Below are positions 12,667 to 24,923 of a stretch of DNA of 64,000 nucleotides, one piece after another. The stretch is from NCBI GenBank assembly GCA_964035575.1, contig OZ037836.1, positions 620,001 to 684,000 on the forward strand, in the 5' to 3' direction. The notes beneath the pieces are model-generated. The model did no database searches. It was not told the origin of the DNA and saw nothing but the letters and a program-made list of their open reading frames with translations. The stretch is from Rhynchopus sp. YZ270_cl-10. Its lineage: Eukaryota. Position numbers and translations under genes: made by a program. The stretch's first letter is position 1; the number at the start of each line of letters is the position of its first letter.

Positions 12667-13659
12667 GTAATCGTAAAAATTGACAGTAATATGTTCGACC
12701 TTTTCAGAATTTTTTGTTCTGGAAGTTCGACCTTTTTTTACGGTATTTGGGAAACCCGCTGGGGAAAAAAAACAATAAAACCTCCTCGAACTTTTCTACA
12801 CAAATGATTTCATTGAATCCTGCAAGAAAAGGCCCGATCCTTTTCCGATACTAGTATTTCCTTACAACCCGTACACGAACCGCTTTGTGTATGACGCTCT
12901 TCACGACATACCGCAATTGGAAATACTCTGGAACGAATTGAGTACCAAATGAAACTCCAAAAACTCAAACCTACCATAATTACTTCGCCCTTTATGGTTT
13001 GTTGCTTTATTTATTCGGTCCATAATATTTCCAAACGGTATGGGATCGTAGACTGTGTTGCAAAAAAATTGTGAACTTTCGTAAAAAGTTGTGAAGAGTT
13101 GTGAAACTGTCCTCCCGATACCCCCTGGAACATCCATCAAAGAACAATAAAATAGTGGAGTTCATCCTCGGGTGTCTACACTAATACAAAACCAAGTTTT
13201 CAAAGAAGAAAAAAAGTTCTGCTTTTGCTTTGATGACTCATCCCTCACGATAAGGCTCGTTATAGAACATAACAAACATTTCAACTATTTCTTTGGAAAA
13301 AAAAATGTTGAAATTGCGACAAATGCAGGAGATAAAATGCTGGAGCGGCTAAAGTGACGTAAGGACACCACTAAGCGGTGCACGGAAAGGGAGATGTCCT
13401 TGCGTATGAACCAGGGAAGGAGGTAGGGAACTAAGACAAGGGGGTGTTTAGAGTAATACAGTAGGAAGTAATATTGGCGACCCAAAAAGTCGCCAAGTGC
13501 GAGAAAAATCCAAAATACGCCAAATTATTATTATTTGGTCGACAAGTTATTTGGTGAGATGGCGGTTCTTATTCAGGGCTATCGGTAAGAAGGGGTTTTG
13601 GGGGGCATCATATATCATATATCATATTTCAAAATCATATTTCAAAAAAAAAAAAAAAA

Positions 13660-14312
13660 ACACCCCAACCGGCGAGCGAACTCTACAGCACGATCACGGC
13701 GGACACCCCGAAGGGAGTGGCGCGACCCAAGCTGAGCACACCGGAGCTCACGCGGCGGGGAGCAGTGCAGATGAGACTGCTGCGGACAGAGCGCCACCCT
13801 GCGCTGTTCGACTACATGGGCAGCAACGACGTGGCACGCTGCAACAACTGCACGGCAAAAGCAAAGGCGACACTGAAACATATGTTCAAAGTGTGTTCAG
13901 CCACCAAGGCACTAAGGACAGACCTACTGCCAAACAAGTCGCTCAAGTTCTTACTGCTAGAGCAACCCCAGTTGTGCCTGAAGTACATCAGCGCGGCAAA
14001 ACTGACAGAGGCCAGCCTGCCTGAACTCGTGCGGAGCAACACCTGCTGAGGAGACGCCGGCCAAAACTTGAAACAATAAAGAAAAGAGAAAAAAAAACCA
14101 CGAACAAAAAGCAAGCCCAGGACGTACCTGCGGCACCACGACCAGCGCAACTGACGGTTGCGAAGACAAAACATGTGCGGAACGCCGTCTTCTACGAAGA
14201 CGTGTGTTACACTTTCAAACATACTTTTTACTTTTCAAAAAAAAAACAATAAAAAAACAAAAAAAAATCAAAAAAAAAAAAACAAAAAAAAAAAAACCAA
14301 AAAAAAAAACAA
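13660..14312 (+). mobile_element. 5'-truncated LINE 3' end (I/Ingi-group-like C-terminal CCHC knuckle, 3' UTR, A-rich tail)
   Basis: Peptide LTRRGAVQMRLLRTERHPAL...CNNC...ATLKHMFKVC matches the R-T-x-H / CxxC...H...C end of I-group LINE ORF2. An A-rich tail follows at 14236-14312. Confidence 0.65.
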
Positions 14313-17034
14313 ATCATTGCTTTTCCTTTTAATTTATAAAGTGCCCAGGCCCCGGGGGGCTTGGGTGCACTTTATAAATTTTTTTTTTTATCATATTTTC
14401 TTTTTCCTTTTGACTCCGTGGTTAACCTCGTGTGAGGTTGCGCGGAGTTCGCAGTCAGGCCAGGGAGCCACGTAACAAGGCTCGACTGCCACATAGTGGG
14501 GGGAGATCTGTGCAGCCTGTATGTTCCCCCCGATTTTCGTGGTAAATGGGGAGGCGCTTCCGTTTAACGGCAACCCACAAGAGTAGAACAACAACCAAAC
14601 TTTTGAGAAACAGACGCCAATGAGACCTAGAGTCTCTCTTCTTACTTGTGTGCTACAGACAAACATGACAACGCTAACCACGACTGCCACGGCAGAGCGG
14701 GGTCCCAAACGGTTCACTGGGGGGGATCCACATAGATACAGAAAACAAAAAATACGAAAGCAAGGAAGAAAACCAGTAAAAAAAAAAAAAAAAAAAAAAA
14801 AACACGAGTTTACGGGCAAAAACCCATTCCGAGCTTTCGGCCCCGCACGTTGGCGGGGCATCTCCCCTCATATGTGGATATGTCCGGAAAATTTTCAGGA
14901 AAGTGCCGGGCATATACACATCAAAATGGGTCCGGACATATCCACGGGGGGGATAGGTACTTAAAAAATGGAATTGAAAGCCGTGTTCAAAATCTTTCAA
15001 TTGCGGCCAGGTACGATCAAAAATTTGCATCTGGGGTCCCTTTACCGGTTGGAAAGTCCCAAAAACCAAAACTCAAAAGTGGGTCCAGGGATTACGCAGC
15101 TCCCCCAAAAATAAAAAAGTACGTATGGATTTTCATACACGTACAATTCTAAGCAAAAACAATTCGCGCTTTGGTTGAGAAGGGCTGTGAAAGTTCGAAG
15201 AACTGGAGAAATCATCAGTCATGGCACTGGCGAAGCCACGGTACGCAACATTTCTTAAAAATCTTGACATAAAATGGCACTTTCGTTGGTAACTATGGTC
15301 TAGTTCCGTAAACATTACTTCCATATTTTGATAAAACGAAAGTTTCTGGCGAAGCCACGGTACGCAACATTTCTAAAAATTGCGATGAAAATTGCCTACT
15401 ATGTCACGGGAAGGGTGTACTGCAATCTAGCGCCGCAGGCGCACGGTACGCTACTTTTTTTCTTTCGCCATGCTGCATGCTCCTTTTCCGGTAAAATAGA
15501 AAATTGTCTCCTACAAATAGAATTCTGTAGGGGGTAGGTGAGAGGTGGGGGCGGAGCCCCACCCCTCACCTACCCCACCCCAGCCCCACTCCAAAACCCA
15601 AATTACCTAAGTATGGACACGTATGGATTCCACCTTTTCAAAAACAATTCACGTATGGATTTCCATACGTTCCACACGTACGGCTGGTGTGGCCGCGGAA
15701 CGTGCTCCAAAAAACGGCTTGGAGTCTAAGGGGTTAACAAAAATTTAAAGGTTAAGGTGTACCTCTGCGAGCGTAGCGAGCGGAAAATTTTTAAGGTGCA
15801 CTTCCGCGAGCGAAGCGAGCGGGAAAAAAATTGAAGGTGTACCTCCGCGAGCGTAGCGAGCGGAAAATTTTTGAAGGTGTACATTAAACTTTAAACAAGG
15901 GGGTACGCCCACTTTTGTCGTCATCCTAAAATACCCGAAATTGAGCCCAATTGCATTTCCGGATCGATTGCGGAAAGTGGTAGGGTAAATGAACAACACC
16001 AAATACCTACGCCCCCCCGTGCATATGTCCGTGTTGGTCGAGGCTCAGACATACTCAGTTCAGGTAGTATACTACAGTGTACAGCGGCAAAAACCCATTC
16101 CGAGCTTTCGGTCCGGTACGTTGGCGGGGCATCTCCACTCATATGTGGCCTGGTAGACCCATTCCGAGCTTTCGGTCCGCACGTTGGCGGGGCATCTCTG
16201 TTCATATGTGGCCTGGTAATCAGAGGTTTTTTTACGGGGGGGTGGGGGGGGGTTTCACCCCCCCCCACGATTTTTTTCCCGGCTTTTGGGGGGGTGAAAA
16301 TAAAAATTTTTTTGGAAAATAAAAAAAAAATCTTGATGGTGTTCTCTTACTCTCCCCCCGATACCTTTCTCGCGCCCCAAGAACCATCTAAGGGAGTTAG
16401 AGGGTGGGCGTGTTTTCCTAGAATTTGACGGACGGAGCTCGTAGAACCCAACGAGGAATGAGAAAAAAGGATAGGGCGAAATCATAAAAGTAGCGTACCG
16501 TGCGCCTGCGGCGCAAGCTTACTGTAAATTGTATGACATGGTACTGGGTACTTAACTCAAAAAAGTGGACGGTATCTAAAAATTTCCGCCTGCGGCGCGG
16601 CAGCCCTTGACCCAGTTTCCCCCTTTTCTTGTTCAGTCGGCAGGATCACTTGGCCCTTACACTGATGTTGACCAAAAGCCAAGAACTTGTCCATTTCGTC
16701 AAATTGACCCCACCACAGCGCGGACGGATTCCAAAAATCCCCCACGAACCAGCTTCTCCAGGGGCTTCGCGCGCGAAGCGCGCGAAAAATTTTGCAACCC
16801 GAAAAACACCTCACCCCCCCTAAGTAGGGGGGTCCGTCCGGCCGTTTTTGCTGTCCCAAACCACTTTTTTTTTGTAAAAACCCGCGAAAAACCCGAAAAA
16901 ACACCCCAAAACACCCCCAAACCCCCAAAAAATCACCCAAAACCACGAAAAACACACTTTTGAGCACTATTTCGTACTTTTTTCTGATTTTTTTGGTGTA
17001 TTTTCCCGCTTTTTCAGCTTTTTTCCTGGAAATA

Positions 17035-18438
17035 CAGTGTGACACAGAATTAATGGCCGATGACGACATTTTGTAAAAATTGTTATATTATTCTAAAAAA
17101 TAGGCAAAATTTGACTCATTTCATTGCATTTTCAACTGGCCGTGTATGAAAAGTGTGTGTGTGGGGAAAATATTAACATGGAAATATCCCTTTTTGGTAA
17201 AAAAGGGTGTATGTGTAAAAAAAAAAAATACAGTGTAGCAGTACAAACGAGTGGGTGCACAAAAATAAATAGAGCATGCATTAGTATTTTGCGTGCATTC
17301 CGTTGGAATTGCGAACTGCGTCTAGGCGTCGTGGCATTGACATGATGTAACGTGCAACGAAGCTATTGTCCATCTTGGACCATTCCTTGTTGATGGCACG
17401 TTTAAGTGCTGACACGTCTTTGGGCTCCCGTTCGTTGACTGCAGTCTGCAGCTTGGCCCACAGGTTCTCAATTGGATTGAGATCAGGGGAGTTGCCTGGC
17501 CAGTCAGCTTTAGGGAGGAACGAGAAAGGTTGGGAGGAGAGGAATGCTTGAGTAACGTTCGCAGTGTGGCAGGGTGCCCCATCCTGCTGAAACGTGTAGC
17601 TACTGTCAGGCAGGAGTTCTTTTATTTCTTTGAGCGCTTTCTGTAAGACGAGCGTACGGTACTTCTCTGCATTGAGAGCACCGTCATAGAAATAGAGCTT
17701 CGTCTTACCTCTGGTGGTGATTCCTCCCCAGACGTGAACCTTCTGCGTAGCCCTGACCTTATCAACGGTTGGGGGCGGCTCATCACCATCTGCAACCCAG
17801 ACAACATCGTTCTTCTTGCTCACCCGAGAAAAAAGCCAAAAGTCTTTTTCATCGGTGAACATCACCTTTGACCAGTCGGTGTTTCGATGCGTTTCAGCAA
17901 ACTCTATCCGGGCAGTGATGTTCTTTTCCGAGAGCTTTGGTTTGCTCTTCGTTTGAACGGGCTTCAGCCCCTTCTCCTTCAGGCACCTGCGGACACTCTC
18001 CCTCGAAATCTGTAGTCGCGACGCTACTTTCCTGCAAGACTGAAACCGCTTGCCCCGCATGTGTCTAACCACCCTATTCTTAACGGTGTCGGTGGTGGCC
18101 GATCTCTTGCGTCCCCTCCCTGGCTTGTCCGAAAAATTCCGCTCTCCAGCGCGGTACTCCTTCACCCACCTACCCAAACTCCTCTTCGCAACGTTCAGCA
18201 ACTCCGCCACCTCATCATGGCTCTTACCGCCAACAACGACTAGCGACGCTGCCTGTAGGCGCAACCCTTCCCTCGTGGCCTCAGTGTTCACTTTACCCTT
18301 AACCATTATATTTTTGCTTTTATTGTGTTCCTGGGCGTAAATATTTTATGTTTTGGGGGTGTTTTGAATATGTCCTTGTCAAAATTTGCCGTTTTTTTAT
18401 AAAATGTCTTCATCGGCCATTAATTCTGTGTCACACTG
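17035..18438 (-). mobile_element. Complete Tc1-like DNA transposon (TA TSD, ~38-bp TIR)
   Basis: TA|CAGTGTGACACAGAATTAATGGCCGATGAcGACATTTT ... AAAATGTCtTCATCGGCCATTAATTCTGTGTCACACTG|TA. Confidence 0.95.
17281..18306 (-). CDS. Tc1/mariner-superfamily transposase, DD37E spacing
   Basis: N-terminal HTH, GRKR AT-hook-like linker, VMFTDEK, VHVWGGI, FQQDGAPCH, WPGNSPDLNPIENLW. 37 residues counted between the second D and E. Uninterrupted 341-aa ORF. Confidence 0.95.
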   Translation of the reverse strand: MVKGKVNTEATREGLRLQAASLVVVGGKSHDEVAELLNVAKRSLGRWVKEYRAGERNFSDKPGRGRKRSATTDTVKNRVVRHMRGKRFQSCRKVASRLQISRESVRRCLKEKGLKPVQTKSKPKLSEKNITARIEFAETHRNTDWSKVMFTDEKDFWLFSRVSKKNDVVWVADGDEPPPTVDKVRATQKVHVWGGITTRGKTKLYFYDGALNAEKYRTLVLQKALKEIKELLPDSSYTFQQDGAPCHTANVTQAFLSSQPFSFLPKADWPGNSPDLNPIENLWAKLQTAVNEREPKDVSALKRAINKEWSKMDNSFVARYIMSMPRRLDAVRNSNGMHAKY

Positions 18439-19871
18439 TATACCCCCTAATATTGCCTATAGAATCCCTGTACTGCTCACTGAGACAGCATAGCGACCAG
18501 AGGCTCCTTATTCATCGTACCGGTGTCTTCGTCGTCAAGGGGTTCACAATCTGCCGCAAATTCCTGCAACTCTGTCTTTGTGAAGAGATGAAGCACTTTA
18601 GTGTTGTACTTTTCAAGTTGCTACTTCTGGGCGCTTTGCATGGACCTGCCTTTGTGGTGCGCTTTGGTGTGTGCTGCGGCAAGTTCTTCCCTTGAGAGAG
18701 ACGGAACCCAACCTAGACTGTAGAGGATGTCTAGGTTCCAGCGACAGTGAGTCGGTGTTGTCGGGGTGCTGGCTCCTTTCGTGGTGGCTTGCAACTTGGT
18801 CAAGGACACCGACAACGGATTCGCACGAATCATTGGTCATAGGAGGAGGCAAGGAAGGCTTTACTGCACTTAGACACAGGGTACGTTGTCATTTTCAGGG
18901 ACCAAAAAGCCCCAGTAAGTGTTGCAAGTACGATTTTCCACAGCTCGGGAGGGCTGTCAGGCAGTTCAGAGGGATTTAGACACTTCTGCGACTGCCTGAA
19001 CACGCCTTTTAGGGTTTTTATTTTGGGTGCGAAATACGTCAAAAGGATGGGGGGAAATACCGTTATTTTAAGCGTTGCAGACACAAAAACACCCTCAAAA
19101 ACCCCCCAGGGACCCCAAAAAGCTGCAAAATCCACACATTTCCACCTCGGGACCTCATTGGAGGTGGACCGAGGTGGTTTTTTGGTGTTTTGAATGAATT
19201 GGTATTATTTTTTTTTGGTAAATAAGTGGTCTTCTGCTAGGCGTTGCATAGCCGTTGCGAAAGTGTTGCAAAAGTGTTGCATGGCCTATAAAACCCTCCC
19301 AAGTGCTCGAAATGCTATTTTTCACCCTACATGGGGTCTGGGGGACATTTTCCTGGGTATTTGGACACCATTCCGACTACCTTGGCACTTTTTTGGGGGT
19401 TTTCAGGTACAAAAAAAGTCAAAAAAGTGACTAAAAAAAGGGTACTTTTAAGCGTTTGGGGCACACACACCCACTGCAAAATGCATCTGGGGCCCCCACA
19501 GGACCCCTAAAAGCTGTAAAAACTATATATTTCCACCCTGGGACCCCACCGGATGTGGACCGAGGTGTTTTTCGGGTGTTTAGAAGGAATTTTGTCTGAC
19601 TATAAATTTTTTTTGGTAAGTGTTGCATTTTGGCCATCTTGGTGACGATCTGGTGACGCCATTTTTGGAAATTTTTCACAAAAAATCGATTTTTTTTAAC
19701 CAGGAAAGTCTCTGTAGAGGTTGTCAGGTGGTTTAATGGGATATTTGGGTGATCCCCAGGGCGATTTGCGGCCAGGTACGACCTTTTTAGTGGATTTCTT
19801 CACCTAAATTTCAAAAAAATGGGTTTGGGACAGCAAATCCTTAAGGAATTCCTTCTACGTGGACCCCCCTA

Positions 19872-22328
19872 CAAGGTTGGCAGGTATATAATACACGGTG
19901 TATTTAATACTTGTATTTTATTGTATTTTATTGTATTTTATTCGGGGGGAAATTGAATTAAATACAATTAAATACACCACCCCCTGTTAGGGTTCATAAA
20001 TGAACAAGATAAAACAAAAAGCTTGCGTTTCTTTTTACGAACAGATTTTATGCTTCGCCCCGTACCCAAACGTAAACACCACTTTCAATCAGAAAAAATA
20101 TTTTCCTCTCCTTTTTCTTCCACAATGGCAGGACGTCCTGAGTGCTGGTCAAAGAAGCACTTCGTGGAGAAGAAGGAGGGCGGTGTTTCGCACTATACGT
20201 GCAAACATTGCCAAATGGCGGTGGGGAAGGTGACAGGCACCAGGCTGAGGGGACACCTCGAGAAGTGCGAGAAGGCACCAGAGGACGTGAAGGAACGGGC
20301 GGGTTTGAAGAAGGAGCCAGAGAAGAAACGCAAAGCGGATGACAAACCCGCATCAGAACAGCCCCCCGCAAAGAGGCCCAGGACTTCCATCAAGTCACAA
20401 CTGGGTGCAGTGCCCAAACCGAGTGTGGACGAGTGCAAAAAAATAAGGGCAGCTTGGGCGAGGTTTTTTTATTGCTCGGCTACACCATTCACACACAGTG
20501 AGCACCCCCTGTTCCAGGAGGCCCTTGAAATAACCCGCCCTGGCTTGGAGTGGAAGCAGCTTTCCTTTAACCGCAAAACTGTGGCAGGTCCTCTTCTCGA
20601 CAACGAGTACACCGCCATCACCGACCCGCAGCTGAAAGCCCTCAGCAAAGCAGACGAGCTCGTCATCTTGTGTGACGCCTGGGAAGACGACAGGAAGGAG
20701 AAGCTGTTCACCATCTTGCTGTTTCACAACAGTAAGGCCACTCTGTTCAAGAGTGGGGTGCTAAAGGAAAAGGTGCACAACGCAGAGGAGCTGAAGAACC
20801 ACCTACTCGACTTGCCCGCTGATATATTGGACAAAATCGTTTGTATCCTCGCAGACGGTGACTCAACAGCACAGTGTTCAGCCCGACTCTTCGCGGAGGA
20901 GGCAGAGAAGGCGGGGAGGAGGCACTGCGAGTACGGTGTTTGTGGGGCGCACTCCCTCTCACGAGGAACAAACGACGTGGTCGGCATGCACCGCGTTGCA
21001 GGAAAGGACTCCCCGTATGAGTTCAATTACCTGCACAAAGCGGTGGCAACGATTGCGGCATCCCTGCGCAACGTTGAGGGTTTGCGGCTGAAGTGGGAGG
21101 AAAAGGTGAAGGCGACTACAGGCAAGCAGGCCCGCCTGGTGGTGATCCCGGCGACAACAAGATGGACTACGATTGTGGCGACTTGGTCTGAACCGCAGAT
21201 GAACAAAGAGGCGCTTGTCCTGCTGAGAGAAGACGCAAGCTTCGTCGCACAACTCCCCCACATCAAGGAGCTTCTCAGTAACTGGGATACCTTCTTGATG
21301 GTGAAGGAAGTGCTGGACTCCCTGGCACTTGGGGTGGAGTTGCTGCAGTCGAACGCCTCCCGCATCTCCTTTGTGATCCCAGTGTTCACAAAGGTCGTGG
21401 AGGTGGCCGGCCAGGTGCATGCAAAGATGAAGGGGGAGGAGAAGAAAAAAATGAAGGCCGTGGTCGAGCGTTTGCAGCGGCGCTTGGACGGGTACGCAGA
21501 GAAACCCTGGATCGTGGCTTCAACGGTGTTGCATCCTTTTTTCCTTTCAGAAATGTCAGAAGCTGAGAAGACGGCTTTGCCACGTGCTTTCGGGATGCTG
21601 GATGGTTTTAAGATTACTACTCCATTACGCAAAACTTGCGCTGCGTACTTGAAAAAGATCGGGGGTGCTGCAGTTTCAGGGGAGCTGCTTTCCTACGTCA
21701 CACGCATAGGTATGGCAGCTGCGCTACCGCAGATCACACAACACACAACAACAGGCTTGTACGAGAAGGATGAAGACGAGGATGTGTGGGAGCAGTCGCG
21801 AGTGATGCCTGTTGAGAAATGGTGGGAAATGTGGGGTCTGCTCTACCCTGAATCGAAGTTAGCAGCGTTTGCGAAGAGACTGACAGGTGTACCCGCGAGC
21901 ACAGCAGAGTCCGAACGCGTGTTTAGCCAGATGGGCTGGCAAAGCGAAAAACGGCGGAACCGCCTTCTCGGTGAGCGTGTACACAAGCTCACCGCCGTGT
22001 ATAGGTTTTACAAGGAACAGGAGGGGGGAGGCGGGGGTGGGGGCGACTGGTGGTCCGGCCTTGACGAACTCGTCAAAGACATAGAAGAGGCCCAAAAAGC
22101 TGCCGAAAAGAAAAAGAAAACTGAGGAGAGAAAAAAAGAGGCCATAAACGTGGATGAGAACGACACTGGAGCTGCACAGCCAGACAGTGCAGCCTAACCC
22201 TAGGGTTGTATTTTATGTGTATTTTATGTGTATTTTATGTGTATTTTATGTGTATTTAATTGTATTTAATTGTATTTTATTGTATTTTATGTACTAAATT
22301 ATTGACCCCCTGTTCTAAACCAACCTTG
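19872..22328 (+). mobile_element. Complete autonomous hAT transposon
   Basis: TIR CAAGGTTGG / CCAACCTTG. 8-bp TSD CCCCCCTA (19864-19871 and 22329-22336). Subterminal TGTATTTTA repeats at both ends. Confidence 0.9.
20125..22197 (+). CDS. hAT-family transposase (BED zinc finger, DDE core, hATC dimerisation domain)
   Basis: CWSKKHF..YTCKHC..LRGHLEKC (BED finger), ILCDAWED, ILADG, CGAH, TTRWTT, WWE...LTGVPASTAESERVFS (hATC). ATG at 20125. Confidence 0.92.
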   Translation: MAGRPECWSKKHFVEKKEGGVSHYTCKHCQMAVGKVTGTRLRGHLEKCEKAPEDVKERAGLKKEPEKKRKADDKPASEQPPAKRPRTSIKSQLGAVPKPSVDECKKIRAAWARFFYCSATPFTHSEHPLFQEALEITRPGLEWKQLSFNRKTVAGPLLDNEYTAITDPQLKALSKADELVILCDAWEDDRKEKLFTILLFHNSKATLFKSGVLKEKVHNAEELKNHLLDLPADILDKIVCILADGDSTAQCSARLFAEEAEKAGRRHCEYGVCGAHSLSRGTNDVVGMHRVAGKDSPYEFNYLHKAVATIAASLRNVEGLRLKWEEKVKATTGKQARLVVIPATTRWTTIVATWSEPQMNKEALVLLREDASFVAQLPHIKELLSNWDTFLMVKEVLDSLALGVELLQSNASRISFVIPVFTKVVEVAGQVHAKMKGEEKKKMKAVVERLQRRLDGYAEKPWIVASTVLHPFFLSEMSEAEKTALPRAFGMLDGFKITTPLRKTCAAYLKKIGGAAVSGELLSYVTRIGMAAALPQITQHTTTGLYEKDEDEDVWEQSRVMPVEKWWEMWGLLYPESKLAAFAKRLTGVPASTAESERVFSQMGWQSEKRRNRLLGERVHKLTAVYRFYKEQEGGGGGGGDWWSGLDELVKDIEEAQKAAEKKKKTEERKKEAINVDENDTGAAQPDSAA

Positions 22329-22382
22329 CCCCCCTACCCCCCCTAAGGTCAAAAAAACCGGTCCCAAAAAAAACCTCTGCTG

Positions 22383-24058
22383 CAGGGCACTAGCTAGGGG
22401 CTTTTTTGCGGTTTCAAAACCGCAAAACCCCGGTTTTGCGGTTTGGCGGAAAAAAAAAAAAAAACGGAAAATCTCGGGGCAGAAGAAAAAAAAATGTGGG
22501 GGGTTTTGGGCACTGTTCGGCCCCCTCGCCCGACCCCCAGATGACTGGCATGATAGAACCTTAATTTTTTTCTGCTCGCTGCGCTCACGGAAGTACACCC
22601 CAAAAAAATTTCCGCTCGCTTCGCTCGCGGAGTTAACCCATATTTTTTTTTGCCTGCGGCGCCATTTTCCTTTTTTGCTTCGCAAAAAAGGGGTTTGTTG
22701 AGTGACTCTGGTGTAAAACCGGCATCTTTACACCGCACCCTAATTTTTTTTGCCTGCGGCGCCATTTATTATTTTACAATGTCTTCGGGAATCCCCTTGC
22801 AATTTGGACAGTTGCATTTTGCAACCGAAAATGCAATCGATTCAGGTAGAGGGGTGGTCCACGATCAGGGAGATTAAGTCAGAGCTTAGTGAGCCGGCGT
22901 GCCACCGCGGACATGGAGGAGTATGTGATAGAATGGTTGACAGCAAACGGGAGACTGGGGGGAGTATGTGCAAACGTCGGAAGCTGTGCAGACCATGCGA
23001 CAACACATGCTCACGCACAGAAGCATTCTGATACATGCAATGAAGTTGGCAGGATATTACACCACGGGTCAGTCGGGTTTAGCCCCGTAAAAAATGCCCT
23101 GTAAATAACCCCTTCCCAAAATCTCCCCGTCCCTCATTCGTGTGTTTTCCCTTAGTTTGTCGCCAGGGCTATTTCTAAATATGGGGTCCGGGGGGTCCAA
23201 AATCCAATCCGGGACACAATTTTTTTGGCAGATTTATTTTGTGCCAAAAACGTCCTTATTTGCATTTTTGGGCTCCACCCGTGCAGTGGTGGGGTCAATC
23301 TCGAAAATTGGACAATTTTTTGACCACTTAAATTTTTGAAAATATGAGCCCGGTTGCTTATACGTGGGGCCCATTTTCGGCCAAAAAATGCTGCTCAAAA
23401 AAATTTTACCCTGAAAATTTTTCAGCCCCAAAACATACTGCGATTGGCATTTCCGGAATCTGTCCGCACTGTGGTGGGGTCAATTTGCAGAAATGGCCAA
23501 GTTCTTGGTTTTGGTCAAAATGAGTGTAAGGTAAAGGGGCCAAGGTAAATCCCACAACCCAGATTTTCTCTCCCAGATGCTGAAACATGAAAATGCGCGA
23601 AAACACCGGCATTTGCATTTCCGGAATCCGTCCGTTCTGTGGTGGGGTCAATTTGCAGAATTGGGCAAGTTCTTGGTTTTTGTTAAAATGAGTACGGTGC
23701 CAGTGTGATGTTAGTGTAGAGAACAAGTTTTCTAAGAAACTCCCTCATAGCACCTCCGGCATGCGGCCTGGTGCGCCCTCTCTGTTTTTTCAGAAAATAT
23801 CAAAAACCCCGTGTCTTGCACAATCTGGAAGAAAACTTTCCGACACAAAAAAAATCGGCAACTTTCTTCAAGCAGAAAGCCCATCCCCCTCTCTGTAAGT
23901 ACTGTAGTACGTGCAAATTTTTTGACAACTTTCATTTTCCAAAAATCAGGGACAGGGACAGGTTTTTAGAAATAGCCCTGTTTGTCGCCGTGCAAAAAAT
24001 TTTTTGAAACCGCAAAACCGCAAAAAAACGGGAAAAAAAAAGTCTAGCTAGTGCCCTG
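22383..24058. mobile_element. Non-autonomous hAT-like element (8-bp TSD CTCTGCTG)
   Basis: TIR CAGGGCACTAGCTAG / CTAGCTAGTGCCCTG. CTCTGCTG at 22375-22382 and 24059-24066. Subterminal AAAACCGC repeats. Confidence 0.88.
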
Positions 24059-24359
24059 CTCTGCTGGTAATAAAAAAAAAAAAAATTTTTTTTTTTCGAA
24101 AAAAGGCGATCATATTTCATATCTCTTACCGATAGCCCTGGTTCTTATTGGCACAAAAAAAAAGCACAAAAAAGGTGTCCCTTCAGTGCACCATTTTTGG
24201 TCACCAAGTTTCTTGTCCTACTGTAAGTAAAAGAAAGTTGACTCTCGTGACAGTGTACCTTGGTACATTGACCAGGCTGTATCGGGGGGTGGACACCCAA
24301 CCACGCAGTCCTACCATCCATTTGGTGGTTTACATCTGGTAAAGAAATAAAATAATATT

Positions 24360-24790
24360 ATTTTCACTTGGTTTCACACATTTTCACACATTTTCACATG
24401 GTTTCACATGGTTTCACACATTTTCACATGGTTTCACGGTGTGAAAAAGTGTGTACGAAAGTGAAAAAAAAACTGCTTCACGCACTCTGAGTGGATTCCT
24501 CCAGAAAAAAAACTTGGTGTTTTCACATGGTTTCACACATTTTCACTTGGTTTCACATATTTTCACTTGGTTTCACATATTTTCACTTGGTTTCACATGT
24601 TTTCACTTGGTTTCACACATTTTCACTTGATTTCACACATTTTCACTTGGTTTCACATATTTTCACTTGGTTTCACATATTTTCACTTGGTTTCACACAT
24701 TTTCACTTGATTTCACACATTTTCACCTTGGTTTCACACGTTTTCACTTGTTTTCACACATTTTCACGGTGTGAAAAAGTGTGGAAAAGT
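24360..24790. repeat. 10/20-bp minisatellite (TTTCACTTGGTTTCACACAT)n in two blocks
   Basis: Visible tandem units at 24361-24437 and 24520-24770, each block followed by CACGGTGTGAAAAAGTGTG. Confidence 0.85.
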
Positions 24791-24923
24791 GTGCGCTGGA
24801 TCACCTCAAATAATTGAAAACAAAAGTGCATTCTGTATCCAAAAACAGGGGGGGATGTCTGGGGACAAAAACAGGTTTCTGTATTGGGGGTGGTTGGGAG
24901 TGTTTTTTTCGCCAACAGTCAAT

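Larger units (their letters stand above)
16825..19871. mobile_element. TAGGG-ended TIR element with 11-bp TSD (CCCCCCCTAAG), carrying the Tc1-like insertion
   Basis: TAGGGGGGTCC...TTTGCTGTCCCAAA on the left versus TTTGGGACAGCAAA...GGACCCCCCTA on the right. CCCCCCCTAAG at 16814-16824 and at 22337-22347 (after removing the hAT). Confidence 0.75.
16221..22379. mobile_element. Outer non-autonomous hAT-like element hosting nested insertions (8-bp TSD CTGGTAAT)
   Basis: TIR CAGAGGTTTTTTT at 16221 / AAAAAAACCTCTG ending 22379. TSD CTGGTAAT at 16213-16220, and again at 24064-24071 once the later element 22383..24058 is removed. Confidence 0.75.
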
